This document shows positions 26,501-40,419 of a stretch of 64,000 bases of DNA, one piece after another (within the stretch, counting starts at the first letter, position 1; each line of letters opens with the position of its first letter). Source of the stretch: Bispira polyomma. Its lineage: Eukaryota. Both the position numbers and the translations under genes were made by a program. The notes under the pieces are model-generated. The model did not search any database, was not told where the DNA came from, and was given only the letters and a program-made list of their open reading frames with translations. The stretch is taken from NCBI GenBank assembly GCA_965649765.1, contig OZ287754.1, positions 33,914,001 through 33,978,000 of the forward strand. The letters are read 5' to 3'.

Positions 26501-27741
26501 GTCTCCATTATAACAACAAATTGCCGAGATTAGCCAGTAATGAGAAAATCCAAGGGGTCAATGTAATAGAGTGGGATGTCTGGAGACCACTGCCAGCAAG
26601 CAGGTGCCTAATAATAGCATTAAAGTATGAGCAGACCGTTATTTACCAATCAAGCGTCAATAACTGTAGAACCTATTCCCAACGGCCCTTATTTCACAGC
26701 TCTTGGCAATGTTATTTGTGACCTACTTTATTGCCTTTTGTTCCTTTAATAGGACTGCTCAGGCCGAATCTGATTGTTGCTGTACATTAATAATTCTGTA
26801 GCTTTGCTGCTAATATGCAAAGTGATTAGTGCCTACTGAGCACACCTATTCCCTGTTTAAGTGTTCAAAACTATTTACTGTGCATCATTAATGATAGTAC
26901 TTTACTTAAAGAGAAATAGCAATTTGTCTGGTGAGTTACATATAAATTTGTGAAGATGCAGAAATTTAAATGATAGCATTGACCTGAACAATTATCAAAT
27001 AAAGTAGTAACATAATGAAAAATACAATTATTTTATGTTTTGAAACGATTACTAAATAACTAAATGATAATCTGATATGTCCACAATAATTTTAGACTAT
27101 TATTTTGACTAAGTTGTAAGAATACTCTAAATCTGTGACACTGGGGTCCAAGCTAGTTATTAACATATCTTATTAAATGTTGAAGGGCCATTTTAATAGA
27201 AAAAAACACTTTCTTCCTCTTTGTATGTTTCCACCGTACTGACCTTCTCCTGAAGGTTGAAGGATTAATGAAGTTGTACTTAACACCATTGTGCGGGGGT
27301 GATGGGGTAAAGTGCTGATTTGCATCTGGGCATTCCCTTGGAGCCCAGTCTCCACCCTTTTACTGGAAAACACCAGGTCCTCTATGGGGGGACTCCTAAC
27401 CTTCAAGAGTGGGGTGTGGAAAATAGCATCCATCTGGTTAAAAATTTGTATATTATATCCTATGTAGTCAACAATTGTATTTATGAGTCTATGTTGTGTA
27501 TACCAAAAAATAATGTGTAATATTAATTGTTGCTATTTATGTGTGTATGAATACATACCGAAACTACACTGAGTGTTTCAGATAATCCGTTGGAGAAGCA
27601 TCATTGCTCTTCAGTCCCAGCAGCCTCAACCATTATCATCTCATAGGATACATGAACTCTCAGAATCCAGGCGGCTTGGACTTTAGAATGGGCACTCTTT
27701 CATTTTTTTTAACTAGGAGGTTATTAGCCTGTGTTATTTTC

Positions 27742-27966
27742 GGCCACCTTACGTCTAATAAGCTTGAATTTAAAATTAATCCATACACTTAAACTTAGTT
27801 AAAGGTAACTCTAGAGTGAATATAACTTAAACTTAATGTTTACACTTAAACTTAGTTAAAGGTAACCTTGGAGTAATATTACTTTATACTTTAAGTTAAC
27901 CATAACTTAAGTTAACACTATTAAACTAACAGTTAAATTAATTTCAGTTAACTCAGTAAGGTGGCC
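27742..27966. repeat. AT-rich module with perfect 11-bp inverted ends GGCCACCTTAC/GTAAGGTGGCC
   Basis: Ends read directly; internal repeat tacacttaaacttagttaaaggtaac occurs twice; a related module lies at 51036-51342. Confidence 0.75.
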
Positions 27967-28765
27967 TTTTAATCAGTTTGTAAAAGATTGCTAGTGATAA
28001 CATAGTCATTCAACTTATATACTCCAAATGTGTCATTTCATTGTGTCCAAGGTCAAATAAGCAATGTCATGGAGAGGCACCGATCATGTACTCTCCATAA
28101 ATATTAAGATTTTGCAAGGTTTCATTTCATTTAGTTGTCTCTATGAGGAATAGTATAATGGCTTGACATATAACCCTCTAATTGGCACACTTTAACAGCT
28201 GTCAACCTGTATGTAACATTTGGTTGATAATCATTCCCATGCTTCTTTTTGCATTACCTTTATCGGTTCAATATTGAGATTCTATTTATGTATTGGAACA
28301 ACAGGCCGTTTTAGTCACGTTGTTGTGTTACTTGGTAAAAATATTCTAATGTCATTTCACATTTCTTCATTTTACCTAAATTATTACCTTTAAGATAATA
28401 CTTCATTTAAAAGTAAGAATTATCATCTCTACCAATGAATTCATCTCAAAGCCTAAACATCAAATTGAGCACTTTAATATCAAAATATATACTTCGGTGA
28501 GTATAATTTTAAATATGAAAACATATACCAAAGTGCATTCTTATGAAGCTCTTTAAGTGTCTACATGAGCATTGAGCAGTCTGATTGGACCCACAACCAA
28601 ACCCAAGAACAGCTTATATACAGTGTGCTAGTGTGTGTGTAACTCCATCGAGTTGGATTACGACTCAGTCATAATGGACCAGACCAAATTATGAACTATT
28701 CTGCCAAAAGGTATTGGCTAATCACAGCGCGCTGCTGAGTATATAAACGGCAGTGTGCCATAGTT

Positions 28766-31700
28766 TTTTTTTTGGTTTTTCTTGACAGTTCAATAGACTT
28801 TAGTGTTTCTTTCAATATACATCAATAAATATAATACAATACATAACATTGGTGACATATGTATAAATAAAGACAATACAGACAGACAAAATCTTTTCTG
28901 GCCACCTTCTTTCCATTAAATAAAAATACTTACTCTGAAATTATCAATGATTTCCAATTATTCCATCTTTTGTTAAAATTTTAGTTTTGCATATTTTATT
29001 TGCTTAATAGTTCTTCCTCCAAAAAAACTCTCTGGAAATCTTTCTGTAACATTTTAAAACTTAGTGGGTAGTTCTTATTAGAACATTTAAAAATAAATCT
29101 TCGTGTTAATAACAGCAGGAAATTTAGTGGCCAAAAATAATCGTCCATGTTAGTATATCCAAATATTTTCATTTCCTCACTGAAAATTATAGTTATTTTT
29201 AAGTGGTCTTTAATTAATACACATAAGGTATTCCATAAACATTGTGTTTTTTCACATTGTACAAACAGATGGTAGACAGTTTCTGTGCCTTTTTCACATA
29301 GACTACACATATCATTGTTTGATACTTTAATCTTATGGAGATATTCCCTAGTACCAAGGATGTTATATATAATTCTAAATTGAAACCATTTCAGCATAGT
29401 ATCATTCACTGTGTTAAAGCATATTTTGTAAATTATTTTCCATTTTTCCTTTTCTATTTTTAAATTCAATTTGTTTTGCCATTTTGATTGGCACTTTGGG
29501 ATCGGAACAGATATATTTTTATTTAGCATTTTGTAAATTTTCTTACTTCCTTTTCCAGATTGATACAAACTTTTAATATGAAATGGATGAAATGGCCTCA
29601 TGAGAATAAATGTATCACCTTGTTTATGTACTTTTATGTACTGTTTTGTAGCCATTTTTAATTCTAAAAAAGTTTAGAATATTTATCTTTATATCATATA
29701 ATTGTTCAATTTCATTAACTGTTCTTATACATACATGTTCATTTACTAAGTCCCCAACTATAGATATTCCCTTGTTTTCCCATTCAGGAAAACACATGTG
29801 GTTTTCAGAAAATTGTTTGTTGTACCAAAGTGGAGTTTCTAAAATATCAAAATTGTCTTTAACTTTTAGTAAGGAACAAAAGTTTTCCCATTTATGAAAA
29901 ATTTGTTTCCAAAATTGGTTGTTTAACTTTTTTGCAATGGCAAAACTCCATTCTCCCCCTCTTGAGGGTAGTTTTTTTAATTTTACATATTCTCGTCAAT
30001 ACTTGGTACCAAGGAGGCTCATTTGATTGATTACATTCAAAAATTCGCTTAATCTATCTCAATTTCATAGAGTTTACAAAGTTAAAAATATTGATCATGT
30101 TTAGACCTCCATGAGGGTTGCTCATACACATATTTTTTCTACTAATTTTATCATTTTTTCCATCCCTAATAAATTTGAATAGATTACTATTAACTTCATC
30201 TATGATTTGTTTCACTACTGGGATTGAAGTGAATAAATGATTAAGAATTGGTAATAGCAACTGTTATTTTACCTATGGGTGTCAAAAAACGATTTGACCA
30301 ATGTGCTATTGTAGATTTTACTTTTTTTATTGACTTATCAAAATTTTGTGTTGGGATACTCTTCAAATCTACAGAAAATTCGAGACCCAGCAAGTTGAAG
30401 TCAGTTACTCCCCAGCTTAAATCCATATTTACATGAAGCTTGTCTTTAGAATATCTTTTTTTTCCAATCCAAATCAATTTTGTCTTATCTGTATTTACTT
30501 TTAAGCCTGACCATGAACTGTATATTTCAAGAACATTTAGTGTTGTCTGTAGGGAGATGGTACTGCCATTTAACATTATGGTTGTGTCGTTTGCGAACTG
30601 AGTTAATTTATGCTCTACCTCTCCAACTTTAATTCCACAAATATCAGTATTTGCTTAGTATTTCTGCTGCAATTATAAGCAGATATGGTGATATTGTGTC
30701 GCCTTGTTTACAACCTCTTTTAATTGGTATAGCATCCGATAACACCCCACACTGTTGTACATGTGCTGTGATGTTATTATAAAAAGTTCAATCCATTTAA
30801 TATAAGTTTTACTAAATCCAAAGAAGGCCAATACTTTATATAAGAATTCCCATGAAATTGAATCAAATGCCTTTTCAAAATCAATTAGCATCAATAGACC
30901 AGGTATGTTTTTTGTTTCTGTGTAATACATTATATCATATACAAATCTTGTACTCTCACCTATGCTTCTACCAGTGACGAACCCTGTTTGTGTATGCGAT
31001 ATTATCTTATTTAAATACGGTTTTAACCTATTGGCGATAACTGAGGATGCAATCTTATATGTGGCACATAAAACAGATATTGGTCTCCAATTTTTCATGT
31101 ATGTTCTATCTTTCGAAACTTTTGGCAAACATGTAATTACTGATTTTTTCAGAGTACTCGAGAATGTACCTTTTTTATAGCAGCTATTTATAGCACCTGT
31201 CACGTAATATTTTAGTTTATTCCAAAAAAAATTGAGAAATTTACCTGTAATACCATCTAAACCTGGAGACTTATTATTTTTCATCGCTTTCAGTGCTAAA
31301 CCTGCTTCCTGTACAGTAATAACACCTCCTATCTCTATATCATTAACTATATGTATTTTTTTATTTTTAAAAACTTCATCCAGATTAAAATGATATAAAC
31401 TTGTGCTCTTGTTATAAAGGTTTGCATAGTAATCCTGTATGTTTTGCAAAACGTCTTTCTGTTCAGTTATTATTTGACCATTTGGTAATTTTAATTTTTT
31501 TATAGTTTTTTTCTACAAAACTCTTTTTTTCTAAATTACAAAAATATTTTTCGCCATCACTCAACCACTTTAAACTTCTAACCATATGTCTTTTCATTTT
31601 TATTGAACGTAATTGCTCTAATTCCTGTTTTTTGTCCTGTAATAACGAATTGTTTACTGAAATCGATGTATTAGTTGATTCAAGGTTTTCTATCTTTTCT

Positions 31701-33060
31701 TCAAAAGCTCTTTTTTTTTACATTTTTTTTCTTGACATTTGATGCAAACTTTATTGTTTCCCCCCGATCCTTAGATACAACAATTCCAAGAAGTTGTCCA
31801 TATTTAGTTTCATTTGTATATCGTTATTTCCCTCATTTAGTAGGTATTGGTATTCATATACAGGAATCGCGTATTCTAGTTTTTGTTCGAATATTATTTT
31901 ATGAATTGAATCTAGATAATCACTATTCTCTAACAAGCTATTATTCCTTTTCCATATACCTTTACCTATTGTAAAATCGTTTTGTGTTATTTCTAGTTGT
32001 ACTATTGAGTGGTCCGACCTATAACCTGGTTTGATTGAGCAATTTTGGACGATATCTAACATTATATTTGAGATAAAAAAATAGTCTAGTCTGGCTTGCT
32101 TTACTGGCGTTTTTCTCCTCCAGCTATACCTTTTTGTTTCTGGATGGATATTTCTAAATACATCCACTAGATCGAATTCATTTAGCACTCCCTTGACTAC
32201 ATCTCTAGCTTTACGATTGTTTATGTTTTTATAGTTATAACTATCTTTTTCTGCTTCCATAACAAAATTAAAATCTCCGCACATTACAATATATTCGGTA
32301 TTACAAGTAGTAACTAGATCTTGAATATCCTTAAAAAATTGTGGATTATCATTATCGTCAGTAAATTTATGTGAAAATTACCTAGTTTGAGTATTAACTG
32401 CAAGTAGTTCCCTTTTAAATCTTTAGTACATTTGAGTACTTCGTATTCAAAATTGTCTCTCAATAATATGGCTACTCCCCTTGCATTTGTTCTCTTCCTG
32501 CTAAAATAAAACTCATTTGGCCATATCTTTTTGAAATATTTACAATCTGACTCTGTTAAATGAGTGTCCTGTAAACATATTATGTTCACCTTTGTGTCTT
32601 TTAAATAATTGACTACATCATATCTTTTTTCTAAACTACGTATTCCTCGGCAGTTCACAGACAACACAACCAATTTATTATCCAAATTTGTCATTTATAA
32701 TTGTTACTCTCCCTACAGATTTAGTCACAATGTTATCAGGTAAAAGTAACTTTCATTGATACAATATTCATAAATAATGTCATTTTTCTTTTGCCTATTA
32801 TCAATATCTAATATTGAACAAACACAACACAAGAGAACAAACATATACACATTTACACTAAAAAAAACCCAAAAGGATTGTGACTTTAAGTTACCCCTTC
32901 AAAATATAGAATATATTATAATACATTATGATACAATAAACTCTCACACCTGTGGCCCACCTAATAATCATATATGCATACCACTGTTGTTATAATATGA
33001 TATTGTATAATGTGTAGCCCTAACAACATATTATACTGTATATAATTTGTATCCCTAACA
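28766..33060 (-). mobile_element. Tx1/L1-clade LINE: decayed ORF2 (APE endonuclease, RT, CCHC zinc finger) with poly(A) tail
   Basis: VNCRGI, CLQDTH, CGDFN, ARLDYF, SDH; KSPGLDG, NWRPIS, DFEKAFDS, QGDTISP, QFAND; CSLCEKGTETVYHLFVQC; T-tract at 28765-28780. Confidence 0.93.
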
Positions 33061-33139
33061 AATTATTTCAAACTGCCGCCTATACACCTTCATGATATAC
33101 ATGTATATAATCAACCCGTTTGAATCCATGCTCACTATA

Positions 33140-35120
33140 AATTTGGTATACACTGGATGGCAAGATTGGATGACTTGCTTGATTTTAGCTTCGGTCTGGG
33201 CCATGTTAATATAGTTACATTACATGAAAACTGTTTTTTGTAACACCACATATTAATCTTGGGAACACAACAAAACTTGTCTGCCTTGCTCTTTGGCAGA
33301 CTACAGACCAAGATTATATTACCAAACCTTTTGGTCTACCATATTAATAACAAATTTTGATATAGTCAAACTTATTCAAGTAAGACTCTGATAAGTGGAA
33401 TTCCTTGCTAAGTAGAATTTATTTTAAAAGTTCCATTGATCAACCTTTTGGTCTACCACGTTCATTTAAGATAAAACATACAAGAGCAAGTCGAAAATTA
33501 TCAAATAAAACCATTTTATCCATGTGATATTTTTCTTGGTCAGCCATATAGACCTACACAAAAGACCTTTGACACAATTTAACATACAATAGTAGTAATC
33601 AACCTGTTCAAAACGTCATATCCACTAGTTTTGATTTACACTGGCTTGCAAGATCCACATGATTCTAGGTTTGGTCTGGGGCATGTGAACAGTTAACTGA
33701 CACATTATTATATAATGCAAAATGTTGTTTCTCAAATTATCATACCACATATTAAGCTTAGAACACGATCAAAGTATATTTTGGGCATTTGACACTGACT
33801 ACAGACCAAGATTATACCCTGTTGGTCTACCCTGTTTATTTAAAGTTTTTGGCATACTATAAAAGTTTCACCATCCACAAAGTTTTAGCTTTGGTCCGAG
33901 ACATATAAAACATTTTTAACATGCAAACTATTATATAATGTACATGCACCACATATTAATTTTAAAAACAGAACAAAACAAAATATGGCAAAGCATTTGA
34001 GACAAAACTTCAGAGCAAGAGAATAAGATCAACTTGTGTCAACCCTGTTCCTTAATATTTAGACGTACTAGAAAGTTGGAAATTGTACAATAAAACCATG
34101 TTTTCATGTGTTATTTTTCTTGGTCATGGACATATAGACCTACGTAGAATGCGGCTTGACACATTGTAAACAATATTACTAATCCACCTGTTCAAAACAC
34201 CATCTTCACTGATATATACTGGATGGCAAGATTGTATGATCTACATGATTTTAGGTTTGGCTGGGACATGTAAACATAGTTAACCGACACCATTATGAAT
34301 ATTATAAAAAATGTTGTTTGTGACACCACATATTAATCTTGGAACAATACAAAATATGCCAAGGCATTTGATACAGACTATCCATTGAAATTTGTACAGA
34401 ACAGTAAAAAAACTCAATTTTATAAACATCTTGAGAGAGTCAAAATTTGTTTCTAGAATAGAAGGTCCGTAAAATAAAAGTTGCAGTTTAGTGTAAAACA
34501 ATAGTGTGAAATAAGTTTGGATGAGTGGAATCAAGTTCGTAAAATCGAACATTTGGATAATAGAGGTCACATAATAGAGGTTCTGCTATACTAGCAAATT
34601 TTGAAATTATACAATAAAACCATTTTATCCATGTCCTTTGTCCTGTATATATAGACCTACACAAATAATACTTTACACACACAGTTTAAACAATAAAAAT
34701 AATCAGTCTGTTCAAAACACCATCCTCATTGCAGATTTCATATACAGTGGATACTACAATTGTATAATATGCATGATTTTACTTTGTTGCGGATCATGTA
34801 AAACTTAGTTACAGACACATTATTATACATGTTACTGACACATTATTTTACATATATAATACAAAATTAACAATCTTGGAGCAAAACATAATGTACCAAG
34901 GCCCATCAACAGAGACTGCATGGCAAGATTTATGATCACCTTTTAGGCTACCATGTTCATTGAAGGTAATAACTTTTTCAAAATGCCGTCCTCATTATAG
35001 ATTTCATATACAAGATTATATTACCTACATGATCTGATATATGCCTAGGAATTTGACACAGACTAAAAGAAAAACACTTGTATTTATATCTTTTTGGTCT
35101 AACATGTTCATTTAACATAG
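33140..35120. repeat. Diverged tandem array of about 5 units of ~250-600 bp
   Basis: gattttag.tttggtctggg..catgt, caccacatattaatctt and gactacagaccaagatt recur near 33180, 33660, 33885, 34250 and 34775. Confidence 0.7.
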
Positions 35121-36107
35121 ATAGGTCCTTCATTTCTTCTTGACACAGCTACAAACACATTTGATATATCCATTTCAGTTACTGTAGTCAGTAGTCACCA
35201 GATCTGGCCATAGTTAGCTTTATTATTTTAAGTATTTTTAGCGGGAGGCATCTCCTTTTATTTTTAAATTGAGTTTTATAGTGGTTTACCTCCTGTTGTA
35301 GCGTGATATAGTTATGAGTAGTGTGGACACTCCCAGTACAAGGAAAGTTAGCTTCTGCAAGAAGTGTAAATGCGACCATGATAGACCAATAGAGGGGGTA
35401 AAGCAGCAGATAGGCTGACAAGATCGCAGGCCCAAGAACATAAACAAGATTCCCAGACTCGGTTATGGCAACTCTCATGTTGACCATTCAGGGTTTCGTG
35501 GAACAGGTGGGGGCAATGGAGAAACAGGTGGTGGACTTAGCTGCCAAAACTGACAAACCACGCAGGAATTCAGACAAAAGGCAGAGCGAGAACACCAATG
35601 AACTGGTTGAAGTAGAACATAAGTACAATCTGACCTAAGGGTAAAGCAAATGTTTAGTGATACGGCAGTCGTCTTTAAGGAGCCAAGACCCACACTCCCA
35701 AAACCAAGAAGACTAAGGCCAGGGAGGAATTAGTTTTCCCAGATACCAACGCTACTTCCATTATACAACCCAAGGAGTACTCAAGACGTAACAGACATAG
35801 GGAGCACCTACATGAACATACTGGCATCTGGACCGAGTTACCAACTAGCACAACATTTTCACATTTCACATTCAAGTAGTGGTGGTGATTCAAGGGCCAG
35901 TAACGGTCCTGCTACTTATTATTTTTCTTCAAAATCTGTTTCTTCTAAATTTGTGTCATCAGACACCTGTTGCTTTACAGACTTGGCTTTTTAGTGACCT
36001 TAGTTGGTAATTCAGTAGACTTTAAGTCAAGTAAAGAACAGAATATAGTTAAGCGAGACCTGGAACAGAGTTAAGTAATTAAGGTAAATGTAGATAAGGA
36101 GAAATGT

Positions 36108-37530
36108 AACAACATAACATAACGCATTTGATATTGCGCATTTTTACAATTCTGTTTCAAATGCTCATTTACATGAAAGTCTACTTGTAATACTTGTCAA
36201 AGAGATATTTCTTAACTTTTTTTTTAAACAGTTTTAGATTGTTACAGTCCTTGATGTTGCAGTGTAACTCATTCCACAACGATGGGCCGCTCACACTGAA
36301 TGATTTTGATGCAAAAGTGTGTCGGCTTGTCTTAGGTACAAGAAGATTGTTTGAGAAAGTCGAGGATCCGAGTCCTTTTCTGAATATTGGTTTTTAAGAT
36401 TTTGCATTTCCGTGCAGGCAATTGTACACAAGCACCATAATTTTAAATTCAATCCTGGCAACAATTGGTAGCCAGTGAGCTTTCTGGATTCAGTCGAGCT
36501 TTCATATTTTGTCCTGTTAAGTACTAATTTGGCAGCTATATTTTGAACTCTTTGCAATTTCTTGATTGAGTTTTGTGGTAAACCAAACAGTGCACTATTG
36601 CAAAAATCGAGATGTGACATTACTAAGCCTAGAACTAGTGTGCGTGTTGCTTCTGTTGTAAGGGTGGATCTGATGTTTCTAATTCGGTGAATGTTTAGCA
36701 TAGCTACTTTGCATTTATGGGTAATGTGTTGTTTGAAGTTGAGGTGGTTATCCAAATAGACTCCTAGATACTTAACGTCAGCACTTGAATTAACATCTTC
36801 GCCATTCACTTTTAAACTATGTAAGAAACCAACTGCCCTGAAATCTAGTGGAGTTTTATTAGAATAGCTTTTACCTATGTTCACACAGCATGATCTTGGG
36901 TTTAGATAGTTATTGAACCATTTCAGAGCACTTCCAGATATACCATATTGTTTGTTTAGAACTTTAAGTAGGATTTCATGATCAACTGTGTCGAAATGCA
37001 GCTGATAAGTCGATCGCCATCATTGCAGTTACTTTTTGTTGTTCCATGGCCCACAAAATGTCATTTGTTAATTTTACCAGTGCAGTCTCACAGGAAAAAC
37101 ACATGGTCATTGAATTGTTTCAGAACTGCCTTTTCTAAAACCTTGGATAAAAATGACAAATTACTAACTGGTCTGTAGTTACACAATTCTAAGTCTAGTC
37201 CTTTTTTTTTCTGAGGAGTGGTCTGATAACTGGGTTCTTCCATGTACTTGGGAAGGGTACCAGTTTGCAATGACTTATTGATTATGAGAGTGATGTGTTT
37301 AATAATGGCTCCAATAACTTTTTTTAATACTTTGGTTGGAAGAGCATCTAATTCACAAGTTTTGATAGCCATGCCACAAATTATGCTTTGTGCTTCATCT
37401 TCACTTAGGGGAACAAAGTTATGTAGTATTGTACAATCCCTTTGTTGTGGCTCAAATTTGGGACAGCTTTCTAAATCTGTTCCAATTTTCTTAGTTTTGT
37501 TCAGGAAGAAATTGAGAAGTTATATATGAC
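36108..37530 (-). mobile_element. Older CR1/L2-group LINE fragment nested in Ngaro copy 2
   Basis: NYRPVSNLSFLSKVLEK, DLSAAFDTVDH, KYLGVYLD, SHLDFCNSAL, LQRVQNIAAK; (TTATG)n-like tail near 36110. Confidence 0.88.
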
Positions 37531-38325
37531 AGCCATTTAGGTTTTGTTTCTGTAGCTAAGGACGCCTTGCAGAGGGGGTGAATGAATCCTATGATTCCCG
37601 TGATCATACTCAGTATAAAGAGATTATTGACAGAGTTACAAAATCAGGGAGGGTCCCCAAGTACATAGGTGAGTGCATTGTACTGCACTCAGAATTTTAC
37701 TTACAGTATTGGGCTGACAATATTAAAGGCTTTTATGATCAGTCTTTGAGGGACTTTGTCAGGTTTGGCTTCCCACTGGGGATAAATCACAAAGAAGTCA
37801 TTCAAAAGAATCACTCCTCGGCTAGGCAATACCCCCAGGCGGTGGACAAATACTTAGACACTGAAATGGCTCATTAAGCCATTATATGCCTTTCTATGAC
37901 CATTGCCATGATAACTTCATTTATGCCCCACTGATGATGAAACCTAAGGACCTTGATCAACGTAGAGTGATCTTAGATCTGACATTTGGAGACAATTCGG
38001 TCAATAACGCCACATGCAGAAACCAATACGAGGGAAACCCTTACAAGCTAAAGTTACCGACATTGGATGAGTTAATTCCACATCTCATGAGACTAGGTGA
38101 AAACGCGAGACTAATAAAAGTTGACATATCTCGCGCATTTAGGAACATGCACATTGATCCTAGGGATGCAGTCCATTTGGGGATTCATTGGAAAGGACAA
38201 TACTTTTTATATCAGAGTCTCGCATTTGGGGCCGTCAATGGCATGGCCATCTTTCAAAGGATTTCTGACTTTATTAGATACCTCATGAACAAACAGTGTT
38301 TCAAGGTGTACAACTATATAGACGA

Positions 38326-38476
38326 GGGAAAGGTGATAGTTCCTTACTGTGGGCCGCTTGTTTCAGTGCAGAACCTTGATCAACTGTATGCAATGTTTCC
38401 TCCAGTATTTCCAACTACCCGTCCCAATATAACCTAAACAGGTACTAGAGTGGACGTTAAATATCCCAATTCAAAA
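38326..38476 (+). mobile_element. 5'-truncated SINE copy inserted at the RT YIDD motif of Ngaro copy 2
   Basis: Close match to 56674-56826 in the same orientation, although the two host Ngaro elements are in opposite orientations. Confidence 0.75.
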
Positions 38477-40419
38477 TATTGCAGTTACAGTCATTACTGG
38501 GTAAGCTATTATATGTGCCCAGGTGTGCCTTGAATAGGCTACTTGGGTTGTAAAGATAGCATAGATATGATAAAGACTTTGTGCCGGATGAAGGTTCTTA
38601 CCTAGACATGACTTGGTTTGTTAGGTTCCTCCCGCAATTTAATGGGGTGGTGTTCTTTAAACAAGATCGGGAACAGCAGCAGGTTTTTGTAGATGCGACT
38701 TTGTAGGGGATGGGGGGGGGGGGTCTGGCGTGATCACGTCTATACTGTGGCAATACCACAGTACCTGGTTAATACCTAGACCATTTCTCAGTTTGAGTTG
38801 TACAACGTGTTAGTTGCAGTGAGGTTATGGGCCCACAAATGGAAAAATAAACCCATTTGCATAAGGTGTCATAATGCTGCTGCAGTCCAGGTCATTAATA
38901 ACGGGAGTACCCGTGACCCTTTTATGAGTCTGTGTATAAGGATAAGGGTGGTGTGCAGCAGTAATCAATATAGATATAACTGTTAAACACATAGCAGGTA
39001 GAGAAAATGTGTTGGCAGATAGACTATCCAGATCTAGCCATGAGTAGGTCATAAGGGATTATAGTTATATGGTGGTCAAAGATATTACCAATCATATGTT
39101 ACTTTTACATTTGAATATTTGGGGATCCCACAACACATAAAGCCTCTGCTGACAGCAGTTTAGGACTTATTTGGCCTTTCTCATTCATAACGAGATCTCG
39201 TTTCCCACAAGTGTCGTGGGTGTGTTCCTAACAGCACAAGCAATGACCTACCGAGTAATTAACAATTATGTATCTGGTAGTTTGTTCCACCATGTATGGC
39301 ATGAATATGTTGGGAACGTGTGGCTGTCTCTCGTTTCCTCAGAGCTGTCAAAATTACTTGGACTAGGGTTACAAATAAGAAAGGGTCCTTTTCATTGAAA
39401 AATATTAGGCATATATCGGAGGCTTCTGCAGTATTTGAAAGTACGGCAGTTTATAGGACGGCTTTCCTCAGTGCATTTTATGGCTTTCTGAGGATTTCCG
39501 ATGTGGCCCCAGTCAAAGCAGGGGATTTTGATACAGAGAGGTATATATATCTCAAGGGGGGATGTGGTGTTAGCACACCCGGGAGTTCAGTTAACGTTGA
39601 GATGAGCAAACAACATGCAGGAACAACATCTGTCACATGTAGTTATTTTACCAAGAGTGAGAAACCTGTTGATGTGTCCCGTACAGGCTTTATAAGCATT
39701 ATTATCAACAAAGAAACTTCCTTTTTCGGACCCTTTATTTGTGGATGATAGTTACCATTTGATAACTCAATGTTGAGACGGCGTTTGGCATCAATTCTAA
39801 GAATAATTGAGATCCTGTTGCAGGGACATGGGTTTCACACCTTAAGGCTGCTACTTTAGTTTTTGATATCCAATGTCTCGATGGACAATATCCGCTTGCA
39901 TGGAGTATGGAAAAATAATGCTGTATGGGTATATATTAAACAAAATTCACAGCAAGCACATTTGTTGCACTTTCTCGAACATTGTTGATTCTACCTTCCA
40001 AAGGCTACTGTTATAAATGCTTTTTGCGTTGGGGTTTGTTTTGTAATTTTATATGTTGTCAACAGTATTCTGATTGTGTGTCAGTAATAGTATTTTTCAT
40101 GTGAAAGAGTGCTAATAAATGGTAGTAGCCCAACATATATGACTAATTTCTGGCTTTATGACTGTGTGTGTAACTCCATCGAGTTGGATTATGACCAGAC
40201 CAAAGATTCTGCTAATCACAATTCTGCCAAAAGGTATTGGCCAATCACAGCGCGCTGCTGAGTATATAAACGGCAGCGCGGCCTGTTTAACTTTATTATT
40301 TCTAATATTTTTAGCATTATTTTAAAAATATTTTTCATGTGATAGAGTGCTAATAAATGGTAGTAGCCCAACATATTTGACTAATTTCTAGCTTTAGGAC
40401 TGATGTCAAATTCATTTTT

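Larger units (their letters stand above)
28632..40403 (+). mobile_element. Ngaro-type YR retrotransposon copy 2 with split direct repeats A1...B1-A2-B2, carrying nested insertions
   Basis: A1 (28632-28765 plus 35216-35242) matches A2 (40164-40315); B1 (~40090-40163) matches B2 (~40329-40403). RT 37578-38325 (RRVILDLT, KVDISRAFRN, LAFG, NYID), RNase H 38680-39040, YR 39120-39940 (AFYGFLRISD, CPV, GFHTLR). Confidence 0.9.
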
